Assembly: GCA_951406725.2 (NCBI GenBank)
Contig: OX597838.1
Span: 23,932,001-23,996,000, forward strand
Reading direction: 5' to 3'
DNA: 64,000 bases
Origin: Octopus vulgaris
Lineage: Eukaryota
The notes beneath the pieces are model-generated. The model saw only the letters and a program-made list of their open reading frames with translations, did no database searches and was not told the DNA's origin. Shown here in pieces: positions 25,270 through 38,649 of this stretch. A program made the position numbers and the translations under genes. The stretch's first letter is position 1; each line of letters opens with the position of its first letter.

Positions 25270-25830
25270 AATAGCAGCCGAATCTCCCTAGAATTACATC
25301 GTATTGTCTTAAAAAAAGGAAGGACTTTGTGGATAATATAGTCCTACTAGCTATACTCTGTCTGATTGAATTGAATAAGAAACAGGATGGATGGTCACGA
25401 TTGGAACATGTTGATTATTCGTCTGATCAGTGCCGGCCCGGGACTTAACAACAATGTATAATATTCGATTTTCATGAAATAGCAGCTAGATCCCCTTCAA
25501 AGTACACCTTTTTTGTCTTAAAAAAAGAAAAAGAAAGCGCACTGAATAATGTAGTCTTAAATACAAAAATACTGAATCTAATAAGAAATAAAGAAAAAAA
25601 AAACGAGATGGTCACGGCTGGAATATCTTGAAAATAAATCCGGCGTGATCAGAGCTGGCCTCGGGCTAAACAGCAGAGTAACAATAACAGGAAGGACATA
25701 TTGGATAATGTGTAGTCGTAGATGACACACGGTCTGAGTAAACTAAGACGGGACGTTCACGGCTGGAACGTCTTTGATCATAGATATACTTAACCAGAGC
25801 TGACCTGGCGTTAAACATGTCACAACACCA
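25270..25830 (+). repeat. three tandem diverged ~190-bp units ending TAAACAACAA (retroelement 3' end-like)
   Basis: AAATAGCAGC...GTCTTAAAAAAAG...GATGGTCACGGCTGGAA...TGATCAGAGCTGGCC...TAAACAAC. Inverted copies at about 26415-26590 and 27985-28165. Confidence 0.6.
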
Positions 25831-26069
25831 GTAACCGGCCAGTTTTCTGTCAAGGAACCTCTCTAATTCGGTAGGTGTCCCGTGAACTTTTGTTTCGTTT
25901 TTTTCAACTCGAAATTTCTTCTGCTCCACTGAACAATAATAATAATAATGTAAATAAATATTCTCTTTCGTTCTCTCTCTCTCAGCATCTATCTATCTGT
26001 CTATCCCTTTGTCTATCTATCTCTCTATATATCTATCTATCTATATATCTATCTATCTATCTATCTATC

Positions 26070-26103
<34 letters not shown>

Positions 26104-26236
26104 ACCCCGCTCATAAATGTACACATCCATATATATATATATATATATATTTATTATATACGCGAGCGAGCGCACACATTTACACACATTCACAACTAGA
26201 CGTTTATGCATTTATACATTTATGTGAATGTATACA

Positions 26237-26278
<42 letters not shown>

Positions 26279-27252
26279 CGCTCATGTTCTGTTTCTTTAA
26301 ACTATTCCTAATTCAGAAATATTCCCGACATTTATTGCGATTTTCCTTTATCTGCATTTCCCGGGGGGAGCCCCAAATTTATTCCATAAAAAACCCAAAA
26401 AAAACTCCCGTCTATCGTTGTTTAGCCACAGGCCAGTCCAGATCGAGCCGACCCGTGATCAACAAATGTTCCAGACCAAAATCTTCCCGTCATTTTTTCT
26501 TTTTTTTCCTTCCCGACATAAATGTACCTAGGACTACGTTAGCTGCGTGTCCGTTTAAGAACATTGGATAAAAATTGACTGCTATTCCTTTGTATATCGA
26601 GCGACGAGCAAGTACCTAGTTCAACATATATTTTAATATACATGGGGGAAAATCATTTAATTATTAATTATTATTATTTAGTTCATCCCATGCCTGCAAT
26701 TTATTCCTTTCATTATTTTTTTCTTCTTGTATTTATGATATAAAAGCAATATGCCTTGTTTTTGGTTGTACTCCGATTTCTTTTGTTGACATGTAAGCTA
26801 AAAATTTATGAAACAGATAAGTATTTGTGAGTGTAATAATAATAAAGATGGGAAGCTGTGAACATGGCCGTGACGATGATAATGGATGTGTATAAATTTT
26901 GCCACAAGGGGTTAATGGATTTGGGTGAACGGGTGCCCTACAATGATGAAGACCAAAATATGGTCGGTTGAGGGTTTCACCACTCCCATCGTCACGTGTA
27001 GGTATGTATATATACGTGTGTGTGTGTATGTATGTATAATTATGTATATATATATATATATGTCTGTGTATATATGTGTGTGTGTGTATGTGTATATATA
27101 TATGAATATATATGTGTGTGTGTATATGTACGTAAGTATATATATATGTTAGTATTACGTGTGTGTATGTGTATATATATGAATATATATATATGTGTGT
27201 GTGTATATGTACGTAAGTATATATATATGTTAGTATTACGTGTGTGTGTGTG

Positions 27253-27284
<32 letters not shown>

Positions 27285-27809
27285 AGTGTGTGTGCATGTG
27301 TGTAAAGCTGGAAATTCACACCGTATCCTTCTCGGAATTTTCTCGCTCAATGAGATCTTTCAAGCCGCTCTTTGTGTATATGTGTGTATGTGTATTTTTC
27401 CCCTATAAATATTTGGAAGAGTCTGTGGAGTGCTCCGTCAGCCAAGACCATACCTATCCCACCACTGCACATCACATTGTCAGGGTGTGTGGCTTTTAAA
27501 ACCCAGTGAGTAACGGAATTATAACGGTACAAGAGACGAAGACTAGTTCTCTTCGATTTATTACCCGTACATATGTACATATTTTATTCTGTCTTCATTT
27601 CACACACAGGAGCTTTAATCATCCCTTGTGACAGCTCACCTTCAGCTGTGACTTGGCTGCATCCGTGCGTTATATAAATAACATAAATAATAATGATGGT
27701 GATACAGACGAATGAGGAAGCATGCGGCTCGCTCGTATGTTCTTGCAATGTTAGCGCCGGAATTGTCATTGGAAGATTCTCTGTTAAATCAAATACATAC
27801 ATACATACA

Positions 27810-27843
<34 letters not shown>

Positions 27844-27937
27844 CATATATATATATGTGTGTGTGTGTGCACGTATGTATATATATATATATACGCGCAC
27901 ATATATACACGAACAGATAAATCTCTCTCTATATATA

Positions 27938-27968
<31 letters not shown>

Positions 27969-29029
27969 TTGTACATATATAGATGATTGTTGTTTAGTTT
28001 TAATTCAGCCTCGATCAGATCACAGGACATTCCATTCATGACCATCACATTTTTTCCAGATGTAGCCCACCGGGACAACATACATTATTCTATATGTGTC
28101 CCTTTTTATCTATTTTTTTTTAGATAATAACGTGATTTGATGAAGATTTTCAGCTGCTATTTCTAGATTTGTTTAGCGACCACGTATAAAAGCTTCCCTT
28201 GTTGTGTAGGTATTTTGGTATTTAAGTGAAATAATTAAAACGAATCATGTTTTAGGCAAGCCACAAGCTGTCCTTTATACAGACACACCAGCAGCTGGTA
28301 ACGCTCTATTTACGCGGTTCCCCCTTATTTCTGCGAACCCTAAATGGCACTCCCAAAATGATAACAATAATGGTTTCAAATTCTGGCACAAGGCCAGTAA
28401 TTCAAAGGAAGGGTTAAGTCGATTACATCGATTACAGGGTTCATCTGGTACTTATTTTGTCGACTCCGAAAGGATGAAAGGCAAAGCCAACCTCATCATA
28501 ATATTAATTATAGTTCAGTGTAATTAAAAAGATAATTATAGGCGGAGCAGTAATCCTTAAGTATTATTCCCTTGTCCTTGATATGTAGGTATGTATGTAT
28601 GCATGCATACGCAACACATTCAATCAAAAATTGTCCGAATGATTCGAAAGATATACTTCTTTCTTCGTGATGAAAAATCATGATCGTTCGTAATAAAACA
28701 AATCGTCAGACCAATTCTTCAATTTTGCTTTAACCTCCAGCCCTGATTGTCCTGTAGATTTGTTCTATACACATCAGTATGTTCTGCTCTTTGTCTGTTT
28801 TCGATGTCCAGTCAGCAGTTATCGCGAGAGAGAGGTTTAAAAATTTTTTTTTTTTTTCTTTAAATTATTGAGTATTTCTCTGTTCAATAATAAACCCGTG
28901 CTTTCTGTTTGAACTGGTCACGTCTAGATTTTGTAGCGAAACTTAAGGCCTGTCCATACTTTTGTTTTGTTAGGCTGTTGGCATGCAATTTCGTTTCGAT
29001 AAGTTCGTGTGTGTGCATGTGTGTAGGGG

Positions 29030-29335
29030 GAAAGTGGCAGATTGGCCAGGTTGCCAGCTTGCCCGATGGCAAGAGGGCCCCTGCGCCATTGGAATCCATA
29101 TATAGGGTCCCATGTTAGTATCTAAGGGGCCTATCCCTTCAAGTTTGAGAATTTTTTATTCATTCCTGGAAGAATGTATTAATTATTTCAGCCTGGCTGT
29201 ATTTGTAGAGTTAAAAAGAATACTTTTAACAACAACAAAAAATTAATAAATAAATGATAATATTGTAGTTGCGGGTGGGCCCCCTCAGTCTCCTGGCAAC
29301 CAATATTTTTAGGCCCAAAGCTGCAAGAACATCGT
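29030..29335. mobile_element. hAT-like MITE remnant with GGGCCC subterminal motifs
   Basis: AGTGGCAGATTGGCCAGGTTGCCAG...GGGCCCC on the left; GGGCCCC...CTGGCAACC...GGCCCAAAGCTGC on the right. Confidence 0.45.
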
Positions 29336-29344
29336 CGGGCAGCA

Positions 29345-29525
29345 GGTATATATATGTATGTATATTTATGTAGATATATATATATGTTTGTATATTTATG
29401 TAGATATATATATGTATGTATATTTATGTAGATATATATATGTATGTATATTTATGTAGATATATATATGTATGTATATTTATGTAGGTATATGTATGTA
29501 TATTCATGTAGGTATATGTATGTAT
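29345..29525. repeat. 28-bp minisatellite TATATATATGTATGTATATTTATGTAGA
   Basis: About six tandem copies. Confidence 0.9.
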
Positions 29526-30414
29526 GCTTATCTATGTGTGTACATATGTGTATATAAATATGTATATGCGTGTGTATATATATATATGTGTGTATATGTA
29601 TGAATGTGTATATATTGATGCATGTGTGTTATGTATGGGTATGTTAGAGTGCATGTGTACACGTGTGTATGTATGTATGTATGTGCACACACATACACAC
29701 ATTTTTTATATGTATAGAGAGTGGGGCGATGTCTGTATCCAACAGAATTTTCCAGCCGGCGTTGTCATCATCATCTATCTTAACGATTTATCATACATAA
29801 ATTGTTTCGTACTAACAGGATCCTTTCCTCGTAAAGAGGCGAGGGCAATGTAGGTACTTGTTTCAGCTGTTCCCCTATTATTACTTACTACTCCATTACA
29901 GATCCTAATAGAAATGGGTGTCCTCACTACCAACTAAATTTGGTAGAAAGGGCTGTGTTGTGTCGGGCCCAAAAACCAATGACAGACAGGAAGCTACCAC
30001 TTTGATAGTTAAAACTAAAGTATAACTGTAAATTAGTTCGACACACGGACTGTTTAAGTACTTTGATGTGTTTCACAGATCTCGTTTTCAGGTAAAATTA
30101 ATGCTATCCTTTTTTTTTTAAAGCAGTATCGTGCAATATAAAGGTCAATTATCTTATGACAAATGTTATATCATTAGCTTCAAAACCGTGATTTCTTACC
30201 ATATTGTTGCTGGGCAGATTTCTATGTGGTGTTTAATTACATACCTTTACGTCCTGAGTTCAAATTTCATCTGGTTGAATTTTGCCTTGTTTTTGCCTTA
30301 ACAAATCTGATTGGTCTTTCTTTTGTTTTGTCCTTTCTCTTTATACCTTAATTGCCTTTTTTTTTTAGTTATGCCTTGTCTATTTTTTAAATATATATTC
30401 CTTTTACCTTTTAT

Positions 30415-30780
30415 TCTTCTATCTTTTACTGATTTCGGACATTGGACTGCGCCCTTTCTGAAGTTGCCGTCTTGGAGAGATTAATCGAATAAATCGACCC
30501 CAGCATTTATGTCTTTTTAAAGTCTGGTACTTACTCTATCGGTCATTTTTGCCGAACCGCTAAGTTACGGGAAAACTAAACAAAACCAGCAGCAGTTGTC
30601 AAGCAGTGGGGTGGGTGACAAATACGAACACAACGACACTCACACATTCACACACACACACACACGACATTGGTTGGCCTGATGCTATATAGTAGAACTT
30701 GCCCAAGATGTCAAGCAGTGGAACTGAGCCTCAAACAAACACATAGTTGCAAAGCAAGCTTGTTAAGCACATAACCATGC
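30415..30780 (-). mobile_element. diverged family-A SINE
   Basis: GCCGAACCGCTAAGTTACGGG tail motif and head remnants. Confidence 0.7.
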
Positions 30781-30989
30781 CTTCTTTGATTTTCTTTTAT
30801 ACCTTATTAACCTTCTCATACCCTTAATTGTTAATTGCCTTTCATCTAATACCCTTATTAGCCTTTCTTCTCATACACCTTATTGCTTTTCTCGTGTCCC
30901 ATTAATCTTTCTTGTGCCTTATTTGCCTTCCTTTTATGCCTTAAATGGTAAAAGAAGTACCTACGATTTGATGACATCAGTTATAACCC

Positions 30990-31720
30990 AATGATGTATT
31001 TTCACTCATATTGTCAATGAAGAGGATTTTTTTCCTGAGAGTATTTCTGCAGCAGAAAGTCTTCCCATGTCCAAGTGTATACAAAGATGTTAAATATTTC
31101 ATTCAACACTGTTTCATGCACCTGTTGTTAATTACTATAACTGTTATTATTCAGCAAGGTCAAATGCTCAATGGCATCAGGCCATGAAATATAAATGTGG
31201 TAGCAACAAGCAGTGAAATTAAAATTTCTGGGACACATGCACTCACATCCACGTTCACACTTCTTGGTTGGTTAAAATTGGGCAAAATAGGGCAGCTAGG
31301 TGTACTGTGCTGTTTCTTAAAGGTTTGGATCTCAAGATATGAAAAACCTTCCACTGCATAGAGCAGACTCATTATTCTGTCGCTGATGATTTGCATTCAT
31401 GTACTGATGCTGTAGTCTCTGGAGGAATTCCTTGATGGTGAAGCAGGTGGGTTTGCCTTTTGTTAGGGTAACATTTTTTCCACAGTTCATCTTTTTAACA
31501 GAACTGTAGTCTTGGGTCATACAGAGCTGAAAACTGGATAACTGGCATCCGGAACTCACACCTCTCTACAAACCATTACAGCCAGGCAAACTTTTGTATT
31601 AGCTTTCTGTAAAAGGAGACTGTGATAAGTAAAGTGATATTGGTGAGACTGGATATCAGTATGAATCAACTGGGTGGTCTGTTCTGGAGGATTTTCTGGT
31701 GCGTGCCAGACCAAATGACT
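30990..31720 (-). pseudogene. decayed hAT transposase fragment (ZMYM1-like/TTF zinc-finger region)
   Basis: Across frameshifts: KPTCFTIK...NESAL / EGFSYLEIQTFKKQHST (cf. GF.NWK.A..F.KH..S) and NRCMKQC*MKYLTSLYTLGHG (cf. NR..L.KI..SL.FL.RQG). Many stops. Confidence 0.45.
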
Positions 31721-32312
31721 CTCAGTCATCAGCTGCAATCCTTCTGCATTTTGAGTTCATTATCATCTTTTATTTTTTGGTGCTTTGGTTGATTACAAAA
31801 TATTTCAATACACATTTACGACCATATCCCTTACTCTCTAAATTTCTGGCTTTGTGCCATTGTAAGAAATGCTCATTATTTATTTACGAGTCAACCTCGA
31901 GCTATCAGCATTGACAGCAAATATACTTGTCTTAGTTAAATGTATCAAAAATGATTATAAAGTTACAGTACAGAAAAACTATATTTATTTTTTAAATGAT
32001 GATGGATTCTCTTGTTGAAGATGATTAATGTGTATTCAGCTTTTTGCCAAATGACCTGCACAAATGATTTTGTTTGTAGTGACCAAACGTTCGTATTGTA
32101 CATTAGCTCACTCTCTCGCCATCAAATTGATGTTGCCTTAAACAGGTGCACAGTGTACCGCACATCAGGTGTCAGAGTGACTGTGGAGCATCGTGAAATG
32201 AAGTGTTTTGCTCAAGGACACAATGCACCATTCAGTCTGTGAATTGAAACCATGACCTTGCAATCGTGAATGAAATACTCTTACCACTAAGCCATTTGTT
32301 CTTTTTAAATAT

Positions 32313-32476
32313 AGGTGTAGGAGTGGCTGTGTGGTAAGTAGCTTGCTTGCCAACCACATGGTTCTGGGTTCAGTCCCACTGCGTGGCACCTTGGGCAAGT
32401 GTCTTCTACTATAGCCTAGGGCCGACCAAAGCTTTGTGAGTGGATTTGGTAGACAGAAACTGAAAGAAGCCTGTCG

Positions 32477-32521
<45 letters not shown>

Positions 32522-32925
32522 ATGTATATATATGCATATGTATATATATATATATATATATATGCATATGTATATATATATATATGCATATATATATATA
32601 TATATGTATGTATATATATCTTCCTCTCCGACCAGGCTATCAGATGTTGTTACACATCGCTGGTCACAATGCGCTTCACATTGTTTTTTAGCCTTCAAAT
32701 GACGCCACCCCGCTGGCTAAGCGAGCAGGCCAACAGAAGAAAGAGTGAGAGAAAGTTGTGGCGAAAGAGTACAGCAGGGATCGCCACCCCCCACCCCCTG
32801 CCGGAGCCTTGTGGAGCTTTACGTGTTTTCGCTCAATAAACACTCACAACGCCCGGTCTGGGAATCGAAACCGCGATCCTACGACCGCGAGTCCGCTGCT
32901 CTAATCACTAGGCCATTGCACCTCC
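32313..32925. mobile_element. family-A SINE head (+) with a different tRNA-derived SINE (32620-32925, minus) in its microsatellite
   Basis: Minus-strand head GGAGGTGCAATGGCCTAGTGATTAGAGCAGCGGACTCGCGGTCGTAGGATCGCGGTTTCGATTCCC. CpG-rich, so probably young. Confidence 0.8.
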
Positions 32926-32974
32926 ACATATATATGCATATATATATGTATATGTATATATATGTATACATATG

Positions 32975-33011
<37 letters not shown>

Positions 33012-34685
33012 GCATATGTGGGTACAGGATGTCACCAACAGTGCAAATAACATGAAATACGTAAACAAACAAGTTAAATACGTAAACAGCAAGAAAAAAT
33101 GGAAAACAGGACAAATAAACACGTATGTATGTATGTATGTAGATGCAGGCATGGTGTGGTTAAGATGTTTACTTCCCAACTATGTGGTTTGGGATTCCAT
33201 CCCACTGAGAGAGAGGAGAAGAGGGAAACATTACAATTTATTAATTGAACGTGATTGACATAAACATTTTCCCCCTCCTCAGATGTATAAAGAGAAATAT
33301 GTTCACACATAAACAGAGAGAGGGATAAAAAGAGAGTGAGAAAGAGGGATAGAATGAGAGAGAAAGAGAGAGAGATATTACAATATATTAATTGAACACG
33401 ACTGGCATAAACACTTACCTCCTCATACACATAGACAGAGAAGGAGGAAGAGAGAGAGAGAGAGAGAGAAGTGGGGTTGAAGAGAATGAGAGAAGCATTA
33501 AAACATTTGATGTCAAGTAAGTCAGCATCAAATCAGCAAAGCCAAATAGGTGGTGCCAAAACATTTCTAATTCAGTGGAAATGAAAAGGAAAAACCCAAC
33601 ACCAGGGTAAGGCCTATGGCCTGTCAGTCCAGAAGTTGCCTTCTGTTTATTTGTTTAAGTAGGTACACGATCCGTCATCATCTTGCCAGGCCTGCCACAG
33701 CTTCACCATATTACTCAGTTTTGCTAGCTGAGTGCACTACAGTAACATGAAATGAAGTGTTTTGCTCAAGAACACTATTGTGGAAGGATTCCGACCACTT
33801 CCATGTGACTAAAAGTGGACTGAGACCTTTCTATTTAGTAGACAACTGTTGGGTCATCAGCAGTTCACTGTGAGCCTTTGATATAGAGCATTGAGCCTTT
33901 GATATAGAGCATTGAGCCTTGTGTAATAGTAATGGTAGTGCATCGTGAATATACCTTCTTCCCCACTGTTTTGTTATATTATGTATTCAATAGCAAGATA
34001 TAAAAAAACACAATGCATTGTCTGGCCTAGGTATTGAAACTGCAGTCTTGCAATCACAAGTGCAACAGCCCAGCCACGCTAAGCCATGTTTGTCCATATG
34101 CAATATAGGTAGCTTTTAAAAATATTATTGTCAGAACCAACTTAGCTTGTGCTGGTCAAATCTGTCAGTGGCAAAGAAATTATATCTGGAACTTGTTGAA
34201 TGAACAGATATAGGTATGACATGACATGACATGCCATGGCAAGGATATATTTTCTGACATTTTTTTCTCACTCATTTTATTTACTTCAATGAGTTTTTTT
34301 GGGTTTTTTTTTCAAAAAAAAAAAAACATCTTTTAGGCCCTTATTGCCTACTAGCAATGCATCCCAGCGTTGCCCGGGTGTTATGACCTACAGCCACACT
34401 GTGTTATTTATTCCTTTCTCATGGCCAGAATCGGCACAGCTGATATATATAGTGAACTGGATTACTGGCATAACGGAAGTTATTGTTTGTTTAAAAGTGA
34501 AGGAGCGGAGGGTACAATTTGCATGGGTTTGCATGAAAGTGCTCCCTGTTCTTAAGAAGGATCACAGCTATGTATTGTTTCATGATGTACCTCTAGTTTC
34601 TGCACCAGTGGACTTCCAGTTTTTCTCAGTATAGATAGGCAGGAGTTTGGATTGAGTATTACACAGGAAACACTAATATTCTATT

Positions 34686-35014
34686 CTTTTGAAGACTCCG
34701 CCGGTTACGACGACGAGGGTCCCAGCTGATACGATCAACGGAACAGCTTGCTCGTGAAATTAACGTGCAAATGGCTGAGCATTCCACAGACACGTGTACC
34801 CTTAACGTAGTTCTCGGGGATAATCAGCGTGACACAGAGAGTGACATGGCTGACCCTTTGAAATACAAGTACAACTCATTTTTGCCAGCTGAGTGGACTG
34901 GAGCAACGTGAAATAAAGTGTCTTGCTCAAGGACACAACGCGTCGCCGGGAATCGAACTCACAACCTTACAATCATGAGCCGAATGCCCTAACCACTAAG
35001 CCACGCGCCCTCAC
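34686..35014 (-). mobile_element. full-length, young family-C (CORE-like) SINE with 11-bp TSD
   Basis: TSD AATATTCTATT at 34675-34685 and 35015-35025. Intact TGGCTTAGTGG A-box and GAGTTCGATTCCC B-box. CpGs retained. Confidence 0.92.
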
Positions 35015-35063
35015 AATATTCTATTAGAAACTAAACTATGTGTGTGTGTGTGTGCGTGCGTGC

Positions 35064-35098
<35 letters not shown>

Positions 35099-35245
35099 AA
35101 CAACAATATTGAAAACACTTAGTAGCGCTCAAATGATTTGAACTTACCCTTCAAAATCTTTACTGACGACTAAGTTTGCAGGGTAAGGAGAGGCTATAAG
35201 AGGAATCCAGGTGAGGAGATATGGAGATATTGATGCAAATAAACA

Positions 35246-35305
<60 letters not shown>

Positions 35306-35379
35306 TCTCTGTTTCTCTGAAAAAATGAACAGGTATGACATATTTTCTGATAATTTTTTCCCTCTTTGATAATTAGATT

Positions 35380-35567
35380 TTTTTACTTGTTGCAGTCATT
35401 TGATTGTGGCCATGCTGGAGCACTGCCTTTAGTTGAAGAGATCAACCCCAGGATATGTTCTTTGTAAGCCTAGTACTTACTCTATCGGAATCTTTCAATG
35501 AACCGCTAAGTTATGGGCATGTAAACACAACCAACATCAGTGTCAAACGATGGTGGGGGGACAAACA

Positions 35568-35648
<81 letters not shown>

Positions 35649-35690
35649 GATGGGCTTGTTTCAGTTTCCATCTACCAATCCACTAACAGG
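35380..35690 (-). mobile_element. family-A SINE 3' part
   Basis: Tail motifs and (CA)/(TA) tract. Confidence 0.8.
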
Positions 35691-36209
35691 TCATAGGACC
35701 ACATCTTGTTCCAATGTCTTAGTTTTGGCATAGTTTCTATCACTGGATGCCCTTCCTAACACCAACCATTTTGCAGAGTAGACAGACTGACTTTTGTTTC
35801 ATGGTACCAGCACTAAAGAAGTTGTCTCGCTCTTGGCATGGCTAAAGTGTCCTCTCAACCCGGCATTGTCTCTGCTTGATTCACCAGCCCTTCTACTGTG
35901 TGTACTGTGGGAGCTTTTTTTTGTGGTACCAGCAATTAGCAAGGTGACCTTGTAAACCACATACCCCAAAGAGCCTCCACAGCTAAAACAGAAAAAAGGA
36001 GAGAGAGAGAGAGAGTGATGGGTTGAGGCAAGGTATCAAAGGAAGTTAAGGTTTAAACAGGAAGAACACCCCCCCACACACATATAGTAGAATTAGAAAT
36101 AGAAAGTTCCCCATATACTATTATATTTTTGTAAAATTGAATAGGAATGCCTTTTCTGATAATTTCTTCACTCTAATAATTAAATGTTTACAAACAGCAA
36201 ATGATTTGT

Positions 36210-36590
36210 AGGAGTGGCTGTGTGATAAGAAGCTTATTTCCCAACCACATGGTTCTGGGTTCAGTCCCATTGCATGGCATCTTGGGCAAGTGTCTTCTAC
36301 TATAGCCTTGGGCCGACCAAAGCCTTGTGAGTGGATTTGGTAGACAGAAACTGGAATAAGCCCATCGTATATATACATATATGTGTGCGTGTCTTTGTGT
36401 GTGTCCCACCACTGTTGGTGTGTTTACGTTCCAGTGACTTAGCAGTTCGGCAAAAGAGACCAATAGAATAAGTATTAGACTGTAAAAAAAAATTTTTTTA
36501 AACAGTACTGAGGTCAATACATTTAACTAAGAATTCTTCAAGGTGGTGCTTTTTGAATGGCAGTAGTCTAATGACTGAAACAAATAAAAT
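36210..36590 (+). mobile_element. family-A SINE
   Basis: Head to tail recognisable. Confidence 0.85.
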
Positions 36591-37304
36591 AAAATATGTA
36601 AAAAAAAAATAAATAAATAAAGCAAAAACTGTTAAAAATGTATAAAAACAAAATTGTGGGATGATAAAAAATAAATAAGTTTTGTATATCATTTAAATGG
36701 TAAGCAGATTTCTGTATGACCTAGTACATACGTGTCCCACAGATTAGCTCCAAACTTGGAAATTTACATCCTGTTTCATCTAGTGAGCCACTGGTTTAAT
36801 AGATAAGGAAAACAATACCATCCTCAGTTCAACCATAAATGATTCCTAATTATAATCTAAAACCTTACCGACTTTACCCGTTATTAATTTTGAGTGTAAG
36901 ATTATTTAAAAGTAGTCACAGCTGGTTGACCCCTTTAAAAGTGCTAGACTATTTACTAAGGAGTCATCGGTCTACACTGTCATCACTTGGTGCTACATAC
37001 TCTGTATTCATGGTCGAAGCACTTAGCACATTTGGTCTACTTCGCCATGCCATTTGGACTCTGTACTCACTGACCTCTTCTCCGTTACTCTTCATTATAT
37101 TCACTTCATTTCTGTGCTACTTCATTCTTGAAGAAAATAGCACAGGAATTAAGGACTGGTTGGTGTTTGGGAACCATCCTATGTTGACAAATTGGCTCTT
37201 ATCTGAACCACTGTGATGAACAATAGAAATTCCCTCTGACACCAACCTGCCACAGGGAACTTTTGATTCTATGATACAAACTTTTGCTTTAAAGTGACGC
37301 TCTC

Positions 37305-37514
37305 TTCTTACTTGTTTCAGTCATTTGACTGTGGCCATGCTGGAGCACCACTTTTAGTCGAGCAAATCGACTCCAGGACTTATTCTTTGTAAGCCTAGTA
37401 CTTATTCTATCAGTCTCTTTTGCCGAATTGCTAAGTTACGGGGACATAAACACACCAGCATCGGTTGTCAAGCGATGTTGGGGGACAAACACAGACAAAC
37501 ACAAATATATACAC

Positions 37515-37587
<73 letters not shown>

Positions 37588-37750
37588 CAACAGGCTTCTT
37601 TCAGTTTCCATCTAACAAATCCACTCACAAGGCTTTGGTCAGCCCAAGGCTATAATAGAAGACACTTGGCCAAGGTGCCACGCAGTGGGACTGAACACAG
37701 AACCATGTGGTTGGGAAGCAAGCTTCTTACCACACAGCCATACCTGCACC
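37305..37750 (-). mobile_element. full-length family-A SINE
   Basis: Head to tail recognisable. Confidence 0.9.
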
Positions 37751-38649
37751 TACAGTATATGTACTCCTCCTGCACCTCTTATGTTAACTCCCTCTGCATC
37801 ACTCTTTTACCCTCTCTCTATAAGATGTAATGCATAACTGAAAGGATCAATCAGTCAATGCTACATCGGCTATTATTAAACAGAGATTGATTTCAACTGA
37901 TGGATTCAGACTAAAATTCTTGCAATACGAATTCCAAATCAAAATTAATTGCTTAACTTCTTTCTTTTTTTCTTTCCTTTTTCTTTTTCTGTTTTTTTTT
38001 CGTTTTTTTTTTTTTTTTTTTGAAAAGTAATTTGTTGAACAATGGTTAAAGATAAAACTCAAGTGACACCACGGTGACACTATCTTGTATCTAATCTTGC
38101 TTTAATTTTGAATAAAGCAAAACAAATTGAATGGTTATGGCCTAATCTAGAACATGTACAACTACGAGAGAATCTGCGCTTAGAAAGAAAGAGAAGACAG
38201 ACAGACAGACAGACAGGCAGAAAGTTGTGGGATTATCAACAAATGTTTAACCCTTCCTTGAAAATTATCTACGACTACATTTTGTGTCAAGTCTTACTTT
38301 ATCTTTACTTTCCTTTTTTATTTCTTTTGTTCTTTCTGATAATTTCCATTTCTAAACTGCAGAAAATGTTTAAGAGTAGGAATAATCATCATCATCAGCA
38401 TCATCATCAACATCATCGTTTTAACATTCACTTGGAATTCTCTGAGGGATATTCTCGACGACTGGATGCCTTTCCTGTCACCAACTCTCACCTGTTTCCA
38501 AGCAAGGTAATATTTCCCCCATAACCAGACAACTGGATAACTGGAAATGAGGGAATCTACTTGTGTGAGGGTGATTCTTGTTTTTGCTTATAACTGTCCT
38601 ATAATAACGAGACAAGGAGACATAAACACATACATATACTTATATATAG

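Noticed and set aside
34340-34634. Unique sequence with two short ORFs after a TTTTAG acceptor-like site
   Set aside because: No recognisable protein and no convincing donor; cannot be supported without RNA data.
34940-35014. tRNA gene (also other SINE heads)
   Set aside because: The tRNA-like head continues into a SINE body with a TSD; no complete acceptor stem or terminator.
36839-37216. 125-aa hydrophobic ORF; similar stretch at 39075-39266
   Set aside because: No recognisable domain or splice support. Weakly resembles decayed CR1/L2-type LINE 3' ends, too weak to annotate.
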